The notes under the pieces: model-generated | The model's database searches: none | What the model was told of the DNA's origin: nothing | The model's input: only the letters and a program-made list of their open reading frames with translations | Part shown: positions 16,812 through 22,135 of the stretch, piece after piece | Layout: the number at the start of each line of letters is the position of its first letter | Position numbering within the stretch: the stretch's first letter is position 1 | Assembly: GCA_963800455.1 (NCBI GenBank) | Contig: CAWDAY010000004.1 | Span: 2,684,593 to 2,708,592 of the forward strand | DNA from: an uncultured Acidobacteriota bacterium | Lineage (GTDB): Bacteria > Acidobacteriota > Terriglobia > Acidiferrales > UBA7541 | Direction of reading: 5' to 3' | DNA length: 24,000 bases | Translations under genes and position numbers: made by a program

Positions 16812-16967
16812 TTCACCGGGGAAAATCGGACACGGGGCTTTTCTGTGCGGTTTCCCGCATTGAGCTACCCCGACGATCGGGAGCAGGAGTTGAACCTGCA
16901 ACCTCCCGCCGCTCTCGCGACGGGCGCTCTACGTCATTGAAGTATCCGTGTCTTTCGCCACCGGCGA
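16812..16967 (-). ncRNA. Y-RNA-like unit Y4 with tRNA-like module (T-arm, GNRA-capped arms)
   Basis: The 5' UUCGCCGG-UGGCG-AAAGACACGG pairs with the 3' CCGUGUC-CGAUUUUCC-CCGGUGAA. Internal order: GUAGAGC, then an 8-bp hairpin CCCGUCGC-GAGA-GCGGCGGG (16924-16905), AGGUU, T-arm GCAGG-UUCAACU-CCUGC (16899-16883), hairpin CCCGA-UCG-UCGGG, GUAGCUCAA, and hairpin UGCGG-GAAA-CCGCA (16859-16846). It starts 5 nt after the stop of the 108-aa ORF. Confidence 0.55.
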
Positions 16968-16971
16968 ATTG

Positions 16972-17298
16972 TCATCGTGAGTTTTCATCCAGGATGAGCG
17001 CGATTTTTTCGCTGCTATTTTCGGTTTCATCGAGACACACGAAGCCCGCGTCCCGCTTCAGTGCGACCTTGTCCAGAACGATGGCGATTTCTTCCATTTC
17101 ATCGAACGTTGGCTTGTTCTTCTCGATGTACGCGGTGCATGCGCGCACGGAAAAGTGCATCCGCCGTTGCGGCCACAATGCCTGGCACACGACGACCAAT
17201 TCGGTCTCGCCGTATCCCCGCGCACTGAAAGCTCGCGAACACGATTCGCACAAAGATGGTCCGTTGACGGGAGTCCCGTTCTTCACATAGATGCCCAT
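16972..17298 (-). CDS. Hypothetical 108-aa protein (CxxC plus two further Cys), embedded in the Y-RNA array
   Basis: ATG at 17298 is preceded by AGGAGGTAAATC (strong SD). The protein reads MGIYVKNGTPVNGPSLCESCSRAFSARGYGETELVVVCQALWPQRRMHFSVRACTAYIEKNKPTFDEMEEIAIVLDK..., with an acidic C-terminal tail. It has the same strand and tight spacing as the flanking operon elements. I recognise no family. Confidence 0.6.
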   Translation of the reverse strand: MGIYVKNGTPVNGPSLCESCSRAFSARGYGETELVVVCQALWPQRRMHFSVRACTAYIEKNKPTFDEMEEIAIVLDKVALKRDAGFVCLDETENSSEKIALILDENSR

Positions 17299-17380
17299 GA
17301 TTTACCTCCTTTCCAAGAAGCGTGAATATTGCGCCTCTGAATCCGCGAGAAATCCTGCACGGCCTTTTCTCGGAAAAATA

Positions 17381-17545
17381 TTCGCCGGGGAACAAGCGCC
17401 CAGGGTTGTCTCAAGGCGGTTTTCAGTAGGTGCCTTGTCCTTCGGGACTACGCCCCCGCCCCTACTGCTTCCTTATCCTTGGCAGGATTTCCGGTCCTGC
17501 GCGACGTTGGCGGAGGAAGTAACCCTCGACTACGCCACCGGCGAA
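17381..17545 (-). ncRNA. Y-RNA-like unit Y3 (no canonical T-loop; different effector module)
   Basis: The 5' UUCGCCGG-UGGCG-UAGUCGAGGGUU pairs with the 3' AACCCUGGGCGCUUG-UUCC-CCGGCGAA (perfect 8-bp closing helix plus GGGUU/AACCC). Internal hairpins are GCAGGA-CCGGAAA-UCCUGC and CAGUAGG...GUCC-CGAA-GGAC...CCUACUG. Confidence 0.45.
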
Positions 17546-17551
17546 ACTTAT

Positions 17552-17661
17552 GGCCAGGGAAAATCAGGCACGGCGATATTGGGGATTCGAACCCCGCCGC
17601 TTTTCGCTTGAGCAAAGAGCGGTCTTCGCCCGAGAAGTATCCGTGTCTTACGCCACTGGCC
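17552..17661 (-). ncRNA. Y-RNA-like unit Y2 (contains a consensus T-arm)
   Basis: The 5' GGCCAG-UGGCG-UAAGACACGG pairs with the 3' CCGUGCC-UGAUUUUCC-CUGGCC. Internally there is a 10-bp arm CGCUCUUUGC-UCAA-GCGAAAAGCG followed by the T-arm GGGG-UUCGAAU-CCCC (17595-17581). It shares the exact 16-mer AAGACACGGAUACUUC with Y4 (forward coordinates 17634-17649 and 16939-16954). Confidence 0.5.
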
Positions 17662-17668
17662 GCTTGAT

Positions 17669-17741
17669 CCTGGGGGAATGACCGTCTACGGTCTTTTTTG
17701 TCGAGTGACAGTCGATGAAATCGCAGACTGCGCCACCCAGG
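17669..17741 (-). ncRNA. Y-RNA-like unit Y1 (short, 73 nt)
   Basis: The 5' CCUGGG-UGGCG-CAGUC... pairs with the 3' ...GACGGUCA-UUCC-CCCAGG. Internal hairpins are CAGUC-UGCGAUUUCAUC-GACUG (17730-17709) and GACCG-UAGA-CGGUC. Confidence 0.4.
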
Positions 17742-17976
17742 TTCAAAAAATTGGAACTAGCAAAGAATTGATGTGAAAGAAGATAGCTATCGCGAGGGAC
17801 CGGACCACGTTCGGACACAATCCCGGCCCAGCATCAATCCCGCTTGCCGATCCATCGAATTGTGTTTGCGATGCTGCATTCCGAACATTCTCCAGAGCCG
17901 CGAATTCTAGATGAATTTCTCGTTTTGCGCAATAGTAAATATTCGATGCCAGAGTCAGATATTTCGGCGGCATCAT

Positions 17977-19014
17977 TCAAGTCGCTGGACTCACCTCGAC
18001 TCTCGTACACCCACTTTCCTCGCGAGTCTCGAAACAAACAGGTAAGAAGGTGGATACGACATCCATATTCGTCCGAGCGTGCCGGTTCAACTTCGAAGCC
18101 GTGAACACTCCGCCGCCCGCCAAAGCAAAAGGGAGCAATAGTTGATCGGCCAAATGCTCGCCGACCGCAGCTGCAGACGCAATGTAAGCGCGCGCTTCCT
18201 TGACGGCCTCCGTTGCGACGCTTTCGGCGCTTGCCCCGAGCCGGCCAAATCCGCAGAACAGTTCCGTCATCCCGGTGGATGTTCCCACTTCGATCAACAC
18301 GACGTTTCCCGGCCCGACAGAATTCCTGGTTTCGACGATTCGCATGCATTTGTTGTCCCAATTCAGCAAGTGCGCAACAGTGTCAATCTCGCGGCGTGCA
18401 ATGGCGGGAGACAAGTTCGCGACGATTGCCAATACACTCCGACGAGTGATTTCGCCGCGCTCTATCATGTCAGTCGGCGACAAGTGTTCGGACGGCTCAA
18501 CAGTCGCAGTGAAGCATCCGCCTCCTACGGGATAGAAGCCATATCGCTCCAGATTCACACTTACTTTCGGTCCGAGCCTGTTAATGACTGGCAAAAAGCA
18601 CTTCTCAAGAAAATCAAAGGGAGGTGCCGCCTGATTGTGTGTACCGCCCTCAATCGTGATTTGGCTCGGTCCAGACGACATCATCAGAGCCGGCAAGATC
18701 GTTTGAAATACGAGTGTGCTGCTCCCAGCCGTTCCGATGACGAAACGGTGCTTCCCCGGTCGTACAGTTCCGGGAATAAAGGTAAGAGTCTTCGATCCGA
18801 GAGTCGCGCCTTCGACTTTTGCCTCTCCAACTTCGGATGCAGCGAGAACCGCCGTAAGGTGTTGCCTTAGCAAACCTGGCCGTTCCCGCTTCGCCCGGAT
18901 GTTTTCAATGCGGAACGCTTTTCCGGTTGCGAGCGACAGGCTGAGCGACGAGCGCAGAATCTGTCCGCCGCCTTCGCCCGAAGATCCATCGATCCGAATC
19001 ATGTTCCGCTCCAT
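17977..19014 (-). CDS. rtcA: RNA 3'-terminal phosphate cyclase RtcA
   Basis: 345 aa, collinear with E. coli RtcA: IRIDGSSGEGGGQILRSSLSLSLATGKAFRIENIRAKRERPGLLRQHLTAV..., GTAGSSTLVFQTILPAL, AAVGEHLADQLLLPFALAGGG, and the His-containing segment NRHARTNMDVVSTFLPV. It starts 10 nt after the rtcB stop. Confidence 0.95.
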   Translation of the reverse strand: MERNMIRIDGSSGEGGGQILRSSLSLSLATGKAFRIENIRAKRERPGLLRQHLTAVLAASEVGEAKVEGATLGSKTLTFIPGTVRPGKHRFVIGTAGSSTLVFQTILPALMMSSGPSQITIEGGTHNQAAPPFDFLEKCFLPVINRLGPKVSVNLERYGFYPVGGGCFTATVEPSEHLSPTDMIERGEITRRSVLAIVANLSPAIARREIDTVAHLLNWDNKCMRIVETRNSVGPGNVVLIEVGTSTGMTELFCGFGRLGASAESVATEAVKEARAYIASAAAVGEHLADQLLLPFALAGGGVFTASKLNRHARTNMDVVSTFLPVCFETREESGCTRVEVSPAT

Positions 19015-19024
19015 TTGCCTTCAG

Positions 19025-20254
19025 TCATCCTTTAACGCACACAACTTGGTGCAACGTATGAACGATTTCCACCAAGTCGGCCTGCGCCGCCATTACAGCC
19101 TCGATCGACTTATAGGCGGCTGGAGTTTCGTCGATCACGTCTGCGTCCTTCCGGCACTCTACGCCGGCAGTCATGCGTTCGTGATCTGCTACGGAAAATC
19201 GCCGCTTTGCTTCGCCACGAGACATCGCACGACCCGCCCCGTGACTACAGCTTTGGAAACTTTCCGGGTTACCCTTGCCGCGAACGATATAGGAACGCGC
19301 CCCCATGCTGCCGGGAATGATCCCCATATCGCCTTCGCGCGCACGGACCGCGCCTTTTCGAGTGACCAGAACATTCTCGCCGTAGTGCGACTCCCGTGCG
19401 ACGTAGTTGTGGTGGCAATTAATCGCCTTCAACTCCGCGACGAATGGTCGCACTTCACTCGAAGAACGGACGGCAGCAACAATTTGTTCCATCATCAGAT
19501 GCCGATTCCAGCGAGCGTAATCTTGTGCCCACTCGACTGCCGCGACGTAGTCATCAAAGTGTTCCGAATGCTCCGGGAAATAAGCCAGATCACGATCGGG
19601 CAGATTGATGAACATTCGTTCCATATCTTTTCGGGCGAGCTCGATGAAGTGGCTGCCCATTCGATTGCCCACGCCGCGTGAGCCACTATGCAGCATGAAC
19701 CACACCGCATCCGATTCATCGAGACACACTTCGATGAAGTGATTCCCGGTGCCCAGCGTGCCCAAGTGATTCGAGTGATTTCCTCGATCGAGCTTGGGGT
19801 GCTTTTCGAGAATCGTGTCATACCGCGGCTTTAGCGTTTGCCAAACGTCCAGCGTGCGCGCCGGGATGTCATTCCACGCCCCTCGATCGCCTCGGCCACC
19901 GTGGTTCGTTCGGCCATGAGGTACGGCCTTCTCAATCGCTTCGCGAACGCCCTTCAGAGTTTCCGGGAGGTCGCGCGCGTTGAGATCCGTTTGTACGGCC
20001 ATCATGCCGCAACCGATGTCGACGCCGACCGCAGCCGGGATAATCGCGCCCTTGGTCGGGATCACGCTGCCAATCGTGGCGCCCACGCCCCAGTGCACGT
20101 CCGGCATCGCAGCAACCCATTTGAAAACGAACGGAAGTTGCGCGACGTTGACAAGCTGTTGGCGCGCCTGGTCCTCTAAGGCGACGCCCTTGGTCCACGC
20201 CTTGATGGGTATGCCCTTCTCAGGAACAATGACGTTATAAGTTGTCTCGGACAT
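19025..20254 (-). CDS. rtcB: RNA-splicing/repair ligase RtcB
   Basis: The start is set at ATG 20254 (MSETTYNVIVPEKGIPIKAWTKGV...) with GGAGGAG SD, giving 409 aa. It is collinear with E. coli RtcB (KMWTKGV, MPDVHxGxGxTIGSV, HSGSRGxGN, INCHHNY). The track start at 20410 would place the sigma54 promoter inside the CDS. Confidence 0.95.
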   Translation of the reverse strand: MSETTYNVIVPEKGIPIKAWTKGVALEDQARQQLVNVAQLPFVFKWVAAMPDVHWGVGATIGSVIPTKGAIIPAAVGVDIGCGMMAVQTDLNARDLPETLKGVREAIEKAVPHGRTNHGGRGDRGAWNDIPARTLDVWQTLKPRYDTILEKHPKLDRGNHSNHLGTLGTGNHFIEVCLDESDAVWFMLHSGSRGVGNRMGSHFIELARKDMERMFINLPDRDLAYFPEHSEHFDDYVAAVEWAQDYARWNRHLMMEQIVAAVRSSSEVRPFVAELKAINCHHNYVARESHYGENVLVTRKGAVRAREGDMGIIPGSMGARSYIVRGKGNPESFQSCSHGAGRAMSRGEAKRRFSVADHERMTAGVECRKDADVIDETPAAYKSIEAVMAAQADLVEIVHTLHQVVCVKG

Positions 20255-20393
20255 TGTCGCTCTCCTCCATTTCAGAACTCTTGGTCCCGTGAGGCGCGGA
20301 GTACATTGTCCCCCGCGCCTCCCTCGGTTCGCGATTCCCACATCGCTCGCGAACTTCCCGCTCGCTTTTTTATCGTCTCTGGCGAGATATAAA

Positions 20394-20409
20394 TGCAGGC
20401 CACGTGCCA
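20394..20409 (-). promoter_or_regulatory. Sigma54 (-24/-12) promoter of the rtcB-rtcA-Y-rsr operon
   Basis: The minus strand reads TGGCAC-GTGGC-CTGCAT against the consensus TGGCAC-N5-TTGCW, with GG and GC at canonical spacing. It lies ~140 nt upstream of the rtcB ATG and between the divergent rtcR and rtcB genes, as expected for RtcR-dependent operons. Confidence 0.75.
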
Positions 20410-20517
20410 ATCTCGATGGCGAAGGTAAGGCACTGCGACTAAGGGAGATACCACCGGGAACCTCCGAAAGAAACTCGATGCGACGATCCCATAAGATACG
20501 ATATTATAAATATAGAT

Positions 20518-22116
20518 ATGCCGGACAAGCCACATGTCGCGATCGGCCTATTGGGCACGACCCTTGACGCGGGCCGCTCGCAGGATCGCTGGTCGAGTTG
20601 GCGGCCAACCGTTGCCATCTGCATGCAACCGGACTTTGTGATTAAGCGCTTGGAACTACTGCACGGATTACGTGACAAGACCCTGGCCCATCGCATCGTG
20701 AGCGACATATCAGCCGTCTCACCCGAAACATCCGTGAAGCTGCACGAAATCGAATTTGGCGATCCCTGGGACTTCGAACGTGTATACGAGACCCTTTTCA
20801 AGTTCACACGCGGCTACCCGTTTGACACGGATAACGAGGAATACCTGATCCACATCACGACGGGTACGCACGTTGCCCAGATCTGTCTCTTCCTGCTAAC
20901 AGAGTCTCGATACCTGCCGGGAAAATTGCTTCAGTCCGCCCCCGAACGCGATAGGAAGGCGCCTGGAAACATAAAAATAATCGACCTGGATCTTTCCCAG
21001 TACGACCGCATTGCTTCGCGATTTCGTCAGGAAGCGCGTGATGCAGTCTCTTACCTGAAGGGAGGAATCGATACAAAGAACGCTGCGTTCAACCAACTCA
21101 TTGACCGGATCGAACAGGTTGCCATCGCCACTCGAGACCCACTTCTCCTGATGGGTCCCACGGGAGCCGGCAAATCGAGGCTCGCCCGAAGAATCTATGA
21201 GTTAAAGAAAATGCGCCACACAATCACAGGAGAGTTCATCGACGTAAACTGCGCGACACTTCGAGGCGACGGGGCGATGTCCACGCTCTTTGGACACGTG
21301 AAGGGAGCCTTTACCGGAGCGCTCAAGGATAGACCCGGAGTCCTTCGGGCCGCAGATAAAGGAATGCTATTTCTGGACGAAATCGGAGAGCTTGGAAACG
21401 ACGAGCAAGCGATGTTGTTGCGGGCTCTGGAAGAGAAAACTTTCCTGCCGCTTGGATCGGACCGTGAAGCTCACAGCGATTTCCAAATGATTGCGGGAAC
21501 GAACCGCGACCTACTCTCAGCCGTCCGGGAGGGCCGCTTTCGTGAGGATCTTCTGTGTCGAATCAATTTATGGACGTTTACATTACCGGGCTTGAGGTCG
21601 CGTCCTGAGGACATCGAACCCAACCTGCAATTTGAGCTAGACCAATTCGCGCAGCGCACTGGCCATCGTGTAACCCTCAGTAAAGAGGCCCGCGAGGCTT
21701 TCCTTCGTGCCGCGCTCGCCTCGTCAGCAAAGTGGACTGGCAATTTCCGTGATCTGAACGCCGCGGTCGTCCGGATGGCCACGTTGGCACAAGGCGGACG
21801 AATTTCCGTTGAGATTGTTGAAGAAGAAATCGAAAGGCTCAAGGCGACTTGGGCGGCACTCGAAGAACAAGAAGAATCGGATGGCCTTCTTACTCAAATT
21901 CTAAGCGCAAAAGCGCTCGACCATATCGACCTGTTCGACCGAGTTCAGCTTGCTCGTGTGATTCAAGTTTGCCGCGATTCACGTTCGATGTCGGAAGCTG
22001 GCCGTCAATTATTCGACGCCTCGCGAACGCGCAAGACAAGTACGAATGATGCGGATCGCCTACGCAAGTATTTAGGCCGATTTGGAATCGAATGGGATCA
22101 AATTGTGAGAGCGTGA
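20518..22116 (+). CDS. rtcR: Sigma54-dependent transcriptional activator RtcR (CARF sensor domain + AAA+ + HTH)
   Basis: 532 aa, collinear with E. coli RtcR from end to end. Shared segments: VAIGLLGTTLD...WRPTVAICMQ...LELLH...ISAVSPET...DPWDFERVY...YLIHITTGTHVAQICLFLL...IIDLDLSQY (CARF-type N-domain), GPTGAGKS Walker A, GHVKGAFTGA sigma54-contact loop, and NDADRLRKYLGRFGIEW at the C-terminus. Confidence 0.95.
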   Translation: MPDKPHVAIGLLGTTLDAGRSQDRWSSWRPTVAICMQPDFVIKRLELLHGLRDKTLAHRIVSDISAVSPETSVKLHEIEFGDPWDFERVYETLFKFTRGYPFDTDNEEYLIHITTGTHVAQICLFLLTESRYLPGKLLQSAPERDRKAPGNIKIIDLDLSQYDRIASRFRQEARDAVSYLKGGIDTKNAAFNQLIDRIEQVAIATRDPLLLMGPTGAGKSRLARRIYELKKMRHTITGEFIDVNCATLRGDGAMSTLFGHVKGAFTGALKDRPGVLRAADKGMLFLDEIGELGNDEQAMLLRALEEKTFLPLGSDREAHSDFQMIAGTNRDLLSAVREGRFREDLLCRINLWTFTLPGLRSRPEDIEPNLQFELDQFAQRTGHRVTLSKEAREAFLRAALASSAKWTGNFRDLNAAVVRMATLAQGGRISVEIVEEEIERLKATWAALEEQEESDGLLTQILSAKALDHIDLFDRVQLARVIQVCRDSRSMSEAGRQLFDASRTRKTSTNDADRLRKYLGRFGIEWDQIVRA

Positions 22117-22135
22117 TGGTCAATCCATCTAAATT

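Noticed and set aside
15351-17290. Plus-strand ORFs 15351..16346 (331 aa) and 15932..17290 (452 aa)
   Set aside because: They are antisense to rsr, the Y-like units and the 108-aa ORF. They are Arg/Ser-rich shadow frames.
16634-17741. Canonical tRNA genes (T-arm and D-arm consensus sequences are present)
   Set aside because: No contiguous cloverleaf exists. In Y5 and Y4 the T-arm precedes the D-arm, the acceptor helix is closed by a loop, there is no anticodon loop in the normal position, and Y2 has only a T-arm. They are better explained as Y-RNA tRNA-like modules.
16634-17741. CRISPR array or other repeat-spacer structure
   Set aside because: The units are 73-165 nt long with only short shared motifs at their ends and no regular repeat/spacer periodicity. 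No cas genes are present.
18142-19681. Plus-strand ORFs 18142..18870 (242 aa) and 18716..19681 (321 aa)
   Set aside because: They are antisense to rtcA and rtcB, which are unambiguous by homology.
20255-20410. 52-aa N-terminal extension of RtcB (track start 20410)
   Set aside because: The extension has no counterpart in RtcB homologs, it contains the sigma54 promoter, and the ATG at 20254 has a strong SD.
20439-20807. 122-aa minus-strand ORF overlapping the rtcR start
   Set aside because: It is antisense to the conserved RtcR N-terminal domain and spans the divergent promoter region, with no supporting signal.
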